From Escherichia coli (lineage in GTDB: Bacteria > Pseudomonadota > Gammaproteobacteria > Enterobacterales > Enterobacteriaceae), in assembly GCA_032372955.1 (NCBI GenBank), contig GCA_032372955.1_4725.1: 64,000 nucleotides of DNA. One strand, given 5' to 3'. Shown in pieces: positions 1 through 8,774 of this stretch. The position numbers were made by a program, and so were the translations under genes. The notes beneath the pieces are model-generated. The model was given only the letters and a program-made list of their open reading frames with translations. It was not told the origin of the DNA and made no database searches. Every line of letters begins with the position of its first letter. Position 1 is the first letter of the stretch.

Positions 1-219
1 GAGTTGATCGTTATCACCGTGTTGATACGACACGACTTCGCCCACCTTAAACCCATCTTGACATTGCTTGCGGTACGCTTCAAGAAGACCGGGAACACGA
101 TCAGCTGCCTGCTTGGCAAGACCACGTCCCATCACACCGACGGTGTTAACAGGAATAACCCGAACGTCAGCCGGTGTTTCCCAAATATCCAACCCAATCA
201 AACTGGTAAATCTCGCCAT
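1..219 (-). CDS. Macro domain protein, TARG1/DarG-like (partial; C-terminus lies beyond window start)
   Basis: Minus-strand ATG at 219..217; translation MARFTSLIGLDIWETPADVRVIPVNTVGVMGRGLAKQAADRVPGL carries the N-x-x-G-V-M-G-x-G-L-A-K-Q signature of ADP-ribose-binding macro domains. Absent from the ORF track only because it is truncated by the window edge. Confidence 0.5.
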   Translation of the reverse strand, partial: MARFTSLIGLDIWETPADVRVIPVNTVGVMGRGLAKQAADRVPGLLEAYRKQCQDGFKVGEVVSYQHGDNDQL

Positions 220-220
220 T

Positions 221-550
221 TTATTTTCCGTTTCGTAAACGTTCTTCTTCTCGTCGTAACTTGTCCTCATCGTCGTCCAGTACCGCACTACGTTTCCGCA
301 GTTCGTCTTGTGCGATTTTGAGTACCGTTTGCGCGTAAGGATACGGTGCTTTTAAAAACGCATCCAGCGTCATGAACTCTTTAATACCGAATCGGACATA
401 ATCCTCGATTAAGGGTTTAATCCCTAATCTGTCCCAGGGATCTTCAGCGGGATGCTGAGCCACCCATTTCAACGGTGTCCATTCGTTAACACGATCGTAC
501 AAGCCAAACATGGTATCGTACGCAATACCCATTTCGATGTTCAGTTTCAT
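221..550 (-). CDS. Hypothetical protein
   Basis: ORF 221..580; first ATG at 550 (MKLNIEMG), the track start at 580 is TTG. Stop abuts the start of the macro-domain gene. Confidence 0.45.
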   Translation of the reverse strand: MKLNIEMGIAYDTMFGLYDRVNEWTPLKWVAQHPAEDPWDRLGIKPLIEDYVRFGIKEFMTLDAFLKAPYPYAQTVLKIAQDELRKRSAVLDDDEDKLRREEERLRNGK

Positions 551-642
551 GCCACCGTCGCCTTTACGCGCTAACAGCAATTCCCAGATTTTTTCATCAT
601 TACGAACAAGTTGCCCGTCATGTAACCCATATCGCGGATCGA

Positions 643-2328
643 TTAGAATACCGCGTCCATCCCCTCCTGAAGAGATTGGACGGAGTTTAGGGTAAAAAAA
701 AGCTGGGGTACATCCAAAGCAATCAGATCGTAGTATTTCTGGTCACGCAGATTGTCAGCAATATCGGCATTACATTTCGGACATTTCCAGGCAGGCATCG
801 CTGCGAGTGCAATCGTCGAATCACCGATGAATTGCATCAACCCATCGATATAACGTTCACGAAGGTCGCTGTCACGAGACAGCTGTGCTAATACCGTTGC
901 CGTATCTGCATCGCTTACACGACGCATGGTACCGTTTACCGATACATGCATCGATTTGATCCACGCATCATACTGACGCATCCAGCTATAGAACTGACGC
1001 TCACGAATAACACGATCACGTTCTTCTTCGGTCATTGACGGACGCGATAGAATATCACGCAGATCTTCCAACGTATCGCTTAACCAACGTTCACCCATGG
1101 CGATTTGTCGTGAAATCTTCGGTACTTCAAGTTCAATGATAACAGAACCGTTGTCGGACAGATCCAGCGTGCGGGAGTTTGTTTCACCCAGTTCGTTCGC
1201 ATACTCACGCAAAAGTTCATCGGTCATGACCGGACCTTCGGTCATGATCTGTCGCATACGTTTGGTAATTGCGCTGTTGTCAACTTGATAGAGTTTCGCA
1301 AAGCTTACGGTATCTTCAACACGATAGTCGCAGGTTTCTGGATTCTGATAGCAGGTCTGTACGTAAGGATATCCGTACGGGTACATGGTTACCAGCACGT
1401 TCAGCAATAACGCTGGAACATCGGTAACCGGAATAATGTCTTTCAAACGCTGGATATCCAGGTTCGGTACGTTGGCCATGTAACAGCATTCTAATGCTAA
1501 TTCGATTGCGTGCTTCATGGTGATAATCGAGGTTGCCGAAAACAGGAAACCGGTACTATCACGCCCACCCAGGATTTTATCACGTGCGATACGTTCATGC
1601 ATAATTGCAACACGTTCATTTGACGGCGGATTGAACTGCAGCTTAATACCGCTATGCCATAACGGCATTACCGCTGGCGCACCTGATTTTGTATTACGAA
1701 TAGCAAAATAGATCGCATCGGTTCCTGTCAACGGCGCTTCGACGTCGTCAGGGATATGGTTCGGTTGTGGAATGCCAGGAATAACGCGACCAACACCCGA
1801 TGAGTCTACGGGCACGTTAGTCCACTGACTGCCTTTACGTTCCAACGCGCGATCGTGAGCTGGGCCGCGCGGATGATATTGTCCATCAGCAACCGATTGC
1901 ACCACCGCTTTACTGAATTTATCAAACTGTTCGTCTGTCGGTTTACCGCGTTGAGCGACAATGGCTTGCACGGTATCCATTGCTTCGTTGATGTATTCCC
2001 GGTAATACGTTGTCTGTACGCGCGGAGAATATAACGGTAACACCAACGGCTGACGTTTTGTTTTCTTCGGACTCTTAGGACGAATGTCTTCGCATTGGAA
2101 ACGTATCGTTGCCTTCGAGAAATCGACCAGCGGTGGATGTGATGGTTCTTCTTCACGAGTTGCTTCTGGAGCCACTACATCTTCCTTAGTCGTGCTGACT
2201 TCGTCTTTACTTTCCTGCTGTGCGGAACCAACAGGCTCGGAACTTGCCGGAATCGTTGTTTCAACGGACGACTCTGAACGCTCAACGGCTTCCTGATTCG
2301 TCACGACTTCTTTTTCTTGTTCGCTCAT
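643..2328 (-). CDS. Hypothetical protein (561 aa) with acidic S/E-rich N-terminal region and a C-terminal CPKC motif
   Basis: Long ORF; AAGGAG ribosome-binding site upstream of the ATG at 2328; start overlaps the stop of the upstream gene. Confidence 0.6.
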   Translation of the reverse strand: MSEQEKEVVTNQEAVERSESSVETTIPASSEPVGSAQQESKDEVSTTKEDVVAPEATREEEPSHPPLVDFSKATIRFQCEDIRPKSPKKTKRQPLVLPLYSPRVQTTYYREYINEAMDTVQAIVAQRGKPTDEQFDKFSKAVVQSVADGQYHPRGPAHDRALERKGSQWTNVPVDSSGVGRVIPGIPQPNHIPDDVEAPLTGTDAIYFAIRNTKSGAPAVMPLWHSGIKLQFNPPSNERVAIMHERIARDKILGGRDSTGFLFSATSIITMKHAIELALECCYMANVPNLDIQRLKDIIPVTDVPALLLNVLVTMYPYGYPYVQTCYQNPETCDYRVEDTVSFAKLYQVDNSAITKRMRQIMTEGPVMTDELLREYANELGETNSRTLDLSDNGSVIIELEVPKISRQIAMGERWLSDTLEDLRDILSRPSMTEEERDRVIRERQFYSWMRQYDAWIKSMHVSVNGTMRRVSDADTATVLAQLSRDSDLRERYIDGLMQFIGDSTIALAAMPAWKCPKCNADIADNLRDQKYYDLIALDVPQLFFTLNSVQSLQEGMDAVF

Positions 2329-2798
2329 GCTTCGGTGGCTCCTTGAGATTTAACACTGTTAGCGAATCGGATCTGGTTCTCCATCCCTTCAACACGCAGT
2401 TGGCTTAGGCGTGCGACGTCAGGACGTAGAATATCGGATGCGCGTTCCAGGATGTTCATTAACGACATCCCGTAGTTGTACTGTAACAGAATACTTTGTT
2501 CATCAACTTCTTTACCGTACATCGGCGTAATGGAGTTCTTGATCGTCGTCAACTCGGTTTGAAGTTCGGTCAGATCTTTATTCGTGCTCGTTGATAACGC
2601 AACGAACTCATCACGTTTGTTTTGGGTTAATCGTAAACGACAGGGCTGCGTCGCTTGGTAAATAGCCGCACCCAGGGTGCCCAATAACAATTCGCAGTTT
2701 TCGATAGGTTCACGTAACTCGTCCCAACGAATTGCTGTTGTTTCCTGAGCTTTAGGGTTTCCTACGGATTTTTTTCTTGGTTTGGATGAAACTGGCAT
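2325..2798 (-). CDS. Hypothetical protein (157 aa)
   Basis: ORF with AGGAGT ribosome-binding site before the ATG at 2798; 4-bp overlap with the downstream gene. Confidence 0.55.
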   Translation of the reverse strand: MPVSSKPRKKSVGNPKAQETTAIRWDELREPIENCELLLGTLGAAIYQATQPCRLRLTQNKRDEFVALSTSTNKDLTELQTELTTIKNSITPMYGKEVDEQSILLQYNYGMSLMNILERASDILRPDVARLSQLRVEGMENQIRFANSVKSQGATEA

Positions 2799-2894
2799 GG
2801 GATGGTTACTCCTGATTAATCTAAGTTGGCGTAAGCTGGTAGTTTCTTCAATAGATTATGAGAGCTAGTAGACATTTACCGCATCGGAGTGGAT

Positions 2895-3767
2895 ATGATT
2901 GATTCCGTCTTGGCTTTGTTAGAAGGTAAGATCCCTGAAACAAGGCGTACGCTGTTACAGCACTGCATGCATCGTTTATACCAAGATTTTAAATGTGAAC
3001 AACTGGAAACGTTCTGCAGTACGATGTTGTCGGGTGCTGGGGAACAATACGATTTAAACGAATTAGATATCATTTTAACAAACGGATGTATCGAACTTTA
3101 TAAACAACAATTGCTTGCCTTCGGGATCCGAATTAACGAAGGACAGCTATCTCTGGATAGCCTGAAATATCTTCATGCACTGGCATCTACGTTATTAGAC
3201 CTGGAAACACACGACGATACCGCTTTTCTACTCGCTATCGTTGAAGATGAAGACTACACCGCAGCTGAAGCGTTAGCAGAATGTACGCGACACATTTACG
3301 GCGTCGATGCTGCGAATGTAACCCCATTAATCAGTTTCGTGCACTCAAGCTTGCTTCCACGCATTCAGCAGGTGCTGACCAAGAAGCTGGAGAAAGACAG
3401 CGAGAACGTAGTCGACGAGGAAAACGTCCAGATTCCTGATCGCATCCGTCGACGTATTCGTGTCATCAGTGATGCGTTCCCACCGGTGTTCAGCCAGTAT
3501 TTTGATGAAGGGGGTACGATAGCGGTTCCACTGGACCTGCTGATGGCGCAGTGTCGGGATCAGCTTACTGCATTACGTCAGCAACCGTACGCATACACCC
3601 AAGAACTGATCGCATTCGCTTTAGCTTCCGATCTCGAAGATAATGAACTCGTCCCTGTCTTACGAGAACTTATCACCACAAACTTCCCGATGGCTGAAGA
3701 ATCCAAAGAAGCAACCCGAGCGTTATCAGAGTTCGTTTCACGTCACGGTGACCTGACCCACGTTTAA
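2895..3767 (+). CDS. Hypothetical protein (~290 aa)
   Basis: ORF 2889..3767; ATG at 2895 preceded by GGAGTGG; first gene of a + strand block after a divergent intergenic region. Confidence 0.55.
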   Translation: MIDSVLALLEGKIPETRRTLLQHCMHRLYQDFKCEQLETFCSTMLSGAGEQYDLNELDIILTNGCIELYKQQLLAFGIRINEGQLSLDSLKYLHALASTLLDLETHDDTAFLLAIVEDEDYTAAEALAECTRHIYGVDAANVTPLISFVHSSLLPRIQQVLTKKLEKDSENVVDEENVQIPDRIRRRIRVISDAFPPVFSQYFDEGGTIAVPLDLLMAQCRDQLTALRQQPYAYTQELIAFALASDLEDNELVPVLRELITTNFPMAEESKEATRALSEFVSRHGDLTHV

Positions 3768-3780
3768 AAGGAGTTACTAC

Positions 3781-5082
3781 ATGACACCTCGTGAATATTT
3801 CCTTTACGCGATGCGTGAAGGGCACTACCGATATCTTGAATGGATTAACGACGCATTTGCTTTTACGGAAGGTGGCGCTGAAAAATATCAGCCTAAATTA
3901 CGTCGTCAAGGTAACGTCGTTACGGTTACCATCGACGGTGAAGAACACCGATGGGAAACCGAGCCAACAAAACCCTTGTTGAATTTCTGGGATCCGTTGG
4001 AGCTTGCACCTGGCGATTTACCGTCGGTTAAGAACACAACCACCACAACCTTCGGTGAAGCGTTGTTCAATATGTACGTCCTTTATGACGCTTTCGGTAT
4101 TCAGATTGAATATCAGGCAGGACGGTTAACCAGCGGTACACTAGAATCACTGATTGCGCCGCGCGTAGCAGACGATCCCGAAGAGGGAATACCCGATCCT
4201 AACGAACGCCCTATTGGCCCACTGTACGCAAGCGAAGTGAAGAAATTCACCAACAATATCAGTGCATTAACCGCTATCAACCGTTTAATTGTCCCGTCAA
4301 TGAGTGATAAAGCGTTAACGGTCGATGATGATATTATTGCCTATCGTGATAAAGAGTTGGCGCGCTTACAAGAGGAAGGTAAGTTCACGCCTGAAGAACT
4401 GATCAAACTCGAAGCCACGCTAACCAAAATGGATAAGGAATCCTTTAAGGGCGATGAATCGGAAGGGTTCTATATTAACCCAGGCAAGAGTTTCGGTAAT
4501 ACTCGAAAGAAAACACACATCATGATGGGGGTTGAAGCCGACTTCGTTGACCCCGGTAAACGTAACGTTATCACACACAGCCTGGCTGAAGGGATGCGTG
4601 TCGACCATTGGGCGGAGTACAACAACAGTGCGCGTGCGGGTTCGTTCTCACGTGGTGCGTTAACCGCTTTAGCTGGACAGACGGCGAAAGAATCACAACG
4701 TGCAACACAGAACCTTAAAATCACGATGGACGACTGCGGTACCCACGAACATATTCTTTTCACGGTAAACCGCGACCACATCAAAGATAAGCTGCTTGTC
4801 GGCCGTTACATGATCGACGGCGCGGCGCTTAAACTTATTGATGCTGAATTACTTGCTTCTTTGGAAGGACAAACCATCAAGTTACGTGATCCTCAACGTT
4901 GTAAAGCAGGCCCATTGGAATACTGTGCTACCTGTTGCGGTAACGCGATGGCTCCAACCCCAGATGCGATCGGGGCAGAGATCACCGGCGTAAACAACGT
5001 TTTCATGAACACTATGATGAAAGCAATGCATAACGCCAGTGTATCGTTAGCGCCTTACGATCCTGAACTTTATATTAGTTAA
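3781..5082 (+). CDS. Multisubunit RNA polymerase beta-prime-like fragment (bridge helix, zinc-binding segment, start of trigger loop)
   Basis: NSARAGSFSRGALTALAGQ resembles the beta-prime bridge helix; KITMDDCGTHEHI matches the bacterial beta-prime VTEDDCGTHEGI block; a Cys cluster CKAGPLEYCATCCGN and DAIGAEITGVNNVFMNTMMKAMHN (cf. [25 protein letters not shown]) follow, then the ORF ends. Confidence 0.65.
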   Translation: MTPREYFLYAMREGHYRYLEWINDAFAFTEGGAEKYQPKLRRQGNVVTVTIDGEEHRWETEPTKPLLNFWDPLELAPGDLPSVKNTTTTTFGEALFNMYVLYDAFGIQIEYQAGRLTSGTLESLIAPRVADDPEEGIPDPNERPIGPLYASEVKKFTNNISALTAINRLIVPSMSDKALTVDDDIIAYRDKELARLQEEGKFTPEELIKLEATLTKMDKESFKGDESEGFYINPGKSFGNTRKKTHIMMGVEADFVDPGKRNVITHSLAEGMRVDHWAEYNNSARAGSFSRGALTALAGQTAKESQRATQNLKITMDDCGTHEHILFTVNRDHIKDKLLVGRYMIDGAALKLIDAELLASLEGQTIKLRDPQRCKAGPLEYCATCCGNAMAPTPDAIGAEITGVNNVFMNTMMKAMHNASVSLAPYDPELYIS

Positions 5083-5107
5083 CCTTGTTAAACAAAAGGA
5101 AATAAAC

Positions 5108-5734
5108 ATGAGCAAGAATAAAGACCAACGTTCTGCAAAAATGGACGAGGAGATTACTGCGGTAGAAACCACCGTTGCAGATGCTCCGGTTAGTGATGTT
5201 GTAGCACAGCCGGAAACGGTCGCTGTTGAGAAGAAGGAAACCGTTGTTGAAGAAAAGCCTGCGAAACCAGCAGTGAAAGAATCGCCAGCTGTTTCTATCG
5301 TGGCTTCTCGTGCCGCAACCCTGGTTGCTCCGTTCCAGAAATATGCGGAAGAAATGGGTCCGACCATGCCGCAAACACCGCAGTCGTTGATCCGTCATCA
5401 GCGGTCTTTAATGTCTGCTTTCCGCGCGTTACTGGATGTGGATAATCCTGAGGTTTTCCGCACCGCCTTTGCTGATATTCTGAAAATCTGGAAAGATAAC
5501 AGCGAAGGGGCATTTAATGCAAACCGTTATCTGTATCGCGGTATCGATAACATGCCGCTGGACTACCATACCCGCATGGCTTTCCTGACAGTACTGCGTC
5601 TGATGGATGCGATCTATGATGAAAGCCGTCGCCAAGTTGAAATCCGCGCTATCGACCTTAATATCGCAATTCCTGAAATTGCTTACTTCGATACGCGTAA
5701 CTATCTGGCGGGTTACATGCGTCGCTTTGCATAA
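5108..5734 (+). CDS. Hypothetical protein (208 aa) with A/E/V-rich N-terminal region
   Basis: ORF with AAGGAAATAAAC before the ATG; host-like codon usage. Confidence 0.55.
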   Translation: MSKNKDQRSAKMDEEITAVETTVADAPVSDVVAQPETVAVEKKETVVEEKPAKPAVKESPAVSIVASRAATLVAPFQKYAEEMGPTMPQTPQSLIRHQRSLMSAFRALLDVDNPEVFRTAFADILKIWKDNSEGAFNANRYLYRGIDNMPLDYHTRMAFLTVLRLMDAIYDESRRQVEIRAIDLNIAIPEIAYFDTRNYLAGYMRRFA

Positions 5735-5862
5735 CGTCTAAGGCGACGTAACGGGATTGCTGTCGTTACGACGTAGGAGGTGATCCTGATCTCCCTCACT
5801 CGCGGGGTGATGCGATAATCGTCGTGAGCTTGTCGTGAGAGATTCTCATTGCGGTCATAAAC

Positions 5863-5904
5863 TCTTCCCGCCCCATATAAGGGCAGGGAAGGGCTTTATG
5901 CCGT
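5863..5904 (+). terminator. GC-rich hairpin followed by TATGCCG motif (member of repeated hairpin-TATGC family)
   Basis: CTTCCCGCCCC..GGGCAGGGAAG inverted repeat, then TTTATGCCG at 5896..5904. Confidence 0.45.
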
Positions 5905-5947
5905 TGAATTTATCCTGTGCAGAAAATAAAAATAGGACAAGCACTCC

Positions 5948-6349
5948 ATGAACGAAACACTCGAACAACCCGCAATCTATCGTTGGACATCCGTTTGGAA
6001 TTATGTTTCTTTTAGCGTTGACACCGCAATGCAAGCCGTAATGGATTATAAGAATACCGGCAAAACGAACGAATGGTTAGTCATGCCCTGCGGCGACCTT
6101 ATTCGTACTGAAGGAATGTATTTCCCTAATGCCGGGAAAGACCGCCGTATCCAGGACAGGATGCGTACGACGATTCTGACGAATGGTGACGTCATGATCG
6201 AATGTTGGGCTGATTACCCCATTGATCGTGAACACCAGGATGAAATCTACCAGCGTTTACGCGATGAAATGGTTGCTGCAACGAAGCGGTATTCCTGTCG
6301 CGTTAAGCTGTATTGTTGGTTAAACGGCGTTGCCGTCCACGACATTTAA
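5948..6349 (+). CDS. Hypothetical protein (133 aa)
   Basis: ORF bracketed by two hairpin-TATGC elements. Confidence 0.5.
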   Translation: MNETLEQPAIYRWTSVWNYVSFSVDTAMQAVMDYKNTGKTNEWLVMPCGDLIRTEGMYFPNAGKDRRIQDRMRTTILTNGDVMIECWADYPIDREHQDEIYQRLRDEMVAATKRYSCRVKLYCWLNGVAVHDI

Positions 6350-6350
6350 T

Positions 6351-6407
6351 CTCTCCCTCTTCCCACCGTCCTCTTGAAGGATGGGGGGGGGGGAGGTTTC
6401 TATGCTG
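6351..6407 (+). terminator. GC-rich hairpin containing an 11-G homopolymer, followed by TATGCTG
   Basis: Starts immediately after the stop at 6349; G run at 6383..6393; TTTCTATGCTG at 6397..6407. Confidence 0.45.
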
Positions 6408-6428
6408 TTTTTATTTCGTGTTAACGCA

Positions 6429-6452
6429 GTTTATTTCACGACTACATTACCT
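6429..6452 (+). promoter_or_regulatory. Conserved promoter-like box GTTTATTTCACGACTACATTACCT (copy 1 of 3)
   Basis: Near-identical to 45327..45350 and related to 51812..51830; lies upstream of the small-gene block starting at 6569. Confidence 0.5.
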
Positions 6453-6473
6453 TCATGATGTCATGCATCATGA
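6453..6473. promoter_or_regulatory. Inverted repeat TCATGATG-tcatg-CATCATGA directly after the promoter-like box
   Basis: 8-bp arms are exact reverse complements with a 5-nt spacer; operator-like position. Confidence 0.35.
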
Positions 6474-6568
6474 ACGCGACGCGTAAGCGTTACCTTAGTG
6501 ATAAGAGCAAAATATCTTATCATCTATTTAAGACAATTGCAATCAATCCAATATAAAAGGATGTCGAG

Positions 6569-6994
6569 ATGTTACAAGCTATAACCGGGCATATTACCGC
6601 TAACTATATCACCGTTGTAGAATTTCTACGTAAACGAAAATACGAAAAACAAAACCCAATTCTTGAAGATGATACGTACAAAACAAAAATCTTTCGCGTC
6701 AATCGCAATACAACCGTCGCAACATCTGAAACAGGTTACACGGTTTATATCGATTGTGATGGATTAATCCCTAACGTTAAAGCGCGTGCGGCAACACTGT
6801 TAAAAGTCAAAGCGTTGCTAGATAAAAACAGGCCGCGCGTCATGGGTTTTGACGGCAAAGACATTGCTTTTGTTTATCACTTCGACAAACGTTATTCATT
6901 TTTCCAGTATTACAGCCGAGACGGTCTGTTAACCCATAACGGACCGGCGGTTGAGATCTACAGTCGTTATGCCTTATATGCATCACTGAATTAA
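6569..6994 (+). CDS. Hypothetical protein (141 aa)
   Basis: ORF with AAAGGATGTCGAG before the ATG. Confidence 0.5.
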   Translation: MLQAITGHITANYITVVEFLRKRKYEKQNPILEDDTYKTKIFRVNRNTTVATSETGYTVYIDCDGLIPNVKARAATLLKVKALLDKNRPRVMGFDGKDIAFVYHFDKRYSFFQYYSRDGLLTHNGPAVEIYSRYALYASLN

Positions 6995-7029
6995 TTTTCC
7001 TGCGTGTGTCTGACGTTTTGGTGGGGTTC

Positions 7030-7053
7030 GCCCCACCTTTTTTACAGCTTTTC
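7030..7053 (+). terminator. Rho-independent terminator
   Basis: GGTGGGGTTCGCCCCACC perfect hairpin followed by TTTTTT, 36 bp after the stop at 6994. Confidence 0.7.
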
Positions 7054-7091
7054 ATCATTAATTGAACTCAAGAGAATTTAAGGAATTCGAT

Positions 7092-7694
7092 ATGTCAATT
7101 ACCCAATTCGCGAACAGCATTCGTTCCAGTGAAACCACCGTACAGCTCCTTAAAGACGAGCTGCGTAAAGAACATGAAACCGCAGCCAACTATCTGAAAG
7201 AAATCGAAGCGTTAGTTTATCGTGAACTGGATAACGTAGAACGTTTCTTGCAGGCGGGTATGGATGAAAACATGGATCCAAACAAAGAAGTGTTAAAGCC
7301 ACGTGTTGACTTTTACGGTTCAGATATTGATCGTGCGATTATTCGCATGTATCCTAACGATTATGTCAAGGTCGACCTCAACCCAATTGTAACCAACATC
7401 AATATCGACCTGAAAGAAAAGATCGATCTGCCAAAACCCGATGGAGATATCATGCACGCGATGAATGCGATCCCGGTACTGAAAGCATCTATCGTCGACA
7501 CGCTCAAGGAACGCAATGAACGTCGTCTGGTTATCAGCGTGGATTCCGATTCGGTTTCTTTTTCGGTCTACATCGATGCTGACGGTGAAGAAGGAAATCC
7601 AAAAGACGTACACCGTCAACTTGCTGAGTATATCGGTGAGAGACCGAGTTTCGGTATGGGTTCCATGATCGTCAACATGTTAGAAAGCATGTGA
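7092..7694 (+). CDS. Hypothetical protein (~200 aa)
   Basis: ORF 7062..7694; the internal ATG at 7092 has an AAGGAA ribosome-binding site. Confidence 0.5.
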   Translation: MSITQFANSIRSSETTVQLLKDELRKEHETAANYLKEIEALVYRELDNVERFLQAGMDENMDPNKEVLKPRVDFYGSDIDRAIIRMYPNDYVKVDLNPIVTNINIDLKEKIDLPKPDGDIMHAMNAIPVLKASIVDTLKERNERRLVISVDSDSVSFSVYIDADGEEGNPKDVHRQLAEYIGERPSFGMGSMIVNMLESM

Positions 7695-7728
7695 TCGTCC
7701 TATCCCTAACTAACACTTATTTAAAGAG

Positions 7729-8241
7729 GTGAATATGAATAACGAAGTAAATAAGAAAGTTGAAATGCGTGGTATTTGCGGACGTCCTGCAGAGACGTCT
7801 AAAATAAAGGATAGAGTGATCGCCCTTCTCAACTTAGTGCCTGACACCACGCTGGTTACATGTTGGGATATTATCGATACAACGATACTGCGATTCGAGG
7901 CGAATTTAAGAAACAACAGTTGCTGGAGCCCTGCTTTGTCGGCTGATGATAAAGTCTATCTCGTAAACGAGACACCTGCTAAAGATAATAATCGTATCGA
8001 TCGTTGGCGTTTTGCGTTGCACGACAACATTGTTAGTATCGACGTTATACTGAGTATAACAGGTGAGTCGTGTATTGCCGTCAATGAAATAGCGGCATAT
8101 GCCAAACTAAAATTAGCACAGTGTTTTCATACACGCGTCCGTGGATTCGATATGCCTGTTACATTAACAATCAACGGGCACGACGGTTCAGGGCTGTTCG
8201 AATTCCACTACGATCCTGACAATGAAAACACAGAAGAGTAA
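7729..8241 (+). CDS. Small protein, paralog family A (member 1)
   Basis: C-terminal region (MPVTLTINGHDGSGLFEFHYDPDNENTEE) parallels the next two genes (LEYEPDNGTE, MEYSPDEEG). Confidence 0.5.
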   Translation: MNMNNEVNKKVEMRGICGRPAETSKIKDRVIALLNLVPDTTLVTCWDIIDTTILRFEANLRNNSCWSPALSADDKVYLVNETPAKDNNRIDRWRFALHDNIVSIDVILSITGESCIAVNEIAAYAKLKLAQCFHTRVRGFDMPVTLTINGHDGSGLFEFHYDPDNENTEE

Positions 8242-8312
8242 TTAATCAACGATATCGTGTCCCTTGTTAGGTGGGGCACGTATCGGTTAAAAGGTGTCGA
8301 AGGTGTTAAAAA

Positions 8313-8774
8313 ATGACGACATGGGATTCTTACGGTGAGCAGCTGGTAGAATCGATAATTAAAAGCTTTGAAATACTCGAAGTAAGATTGCAGGAGGACG
8401 GGTGCTGGGAATTATTTAACGAGCCCGATTCCGACTCCGAACCTTACTTCTACAACCTATCCGTTCCAACAACACAACACGGCAATGCTACGATTGTAGA
8501 TATCACCGATATCAGAGTTTACAATAATCGTATCGCTGTAATAGCACGACTGCCTTTTAGCGTAAACGGGCTTGCCGCAAAGCAACTTCTAATGTATACA
8601 GCCAACGAGACATTTGGTAAATGCATAAAGTCGCACGGTATCTCGTTCCCCCTAGCGATCGATTATGAATTATCGGATGGCTGCAATCTCGTTACATTGG
8701 AGTATGAACCGGATAATGGAACAGAGATAACAGCACTCTCTGTTCCGATGAAGATGAAGAAAGAGGTAGAATAA
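8313..8774 (+). CDS. Small protein, paralog family A (member 2)
   Basis: Shares RLPFSVNGL / LEYEPDNG blocks with 8774..9232; stop overlaps the next start (TAATGG). Confidence 0.55.
   Translation: MTTWDSYGEQLVESIIKSFEILEVRLQEDGCWELFNEPDSDSEPYFYNLSVPTTQHGNATIVDITDIRVYNNRIAVIARLPFSVNGLAAKQLLMYTANETFGKCIKSHGISFPLAIDYELSDGCNLVTLEYEPDNGTEITALSVPMKMKKEVE

Noticed and set aside
4-321. 105-aa plus-strand ORF at the left edge
   Set aside because: The minus strand here encodes a macro-domain N-terminus with a recognisable motif followed by a tightly coupled minus-strand operon; the plus ORF has no ribosome-binding site and a low-complexity translation.
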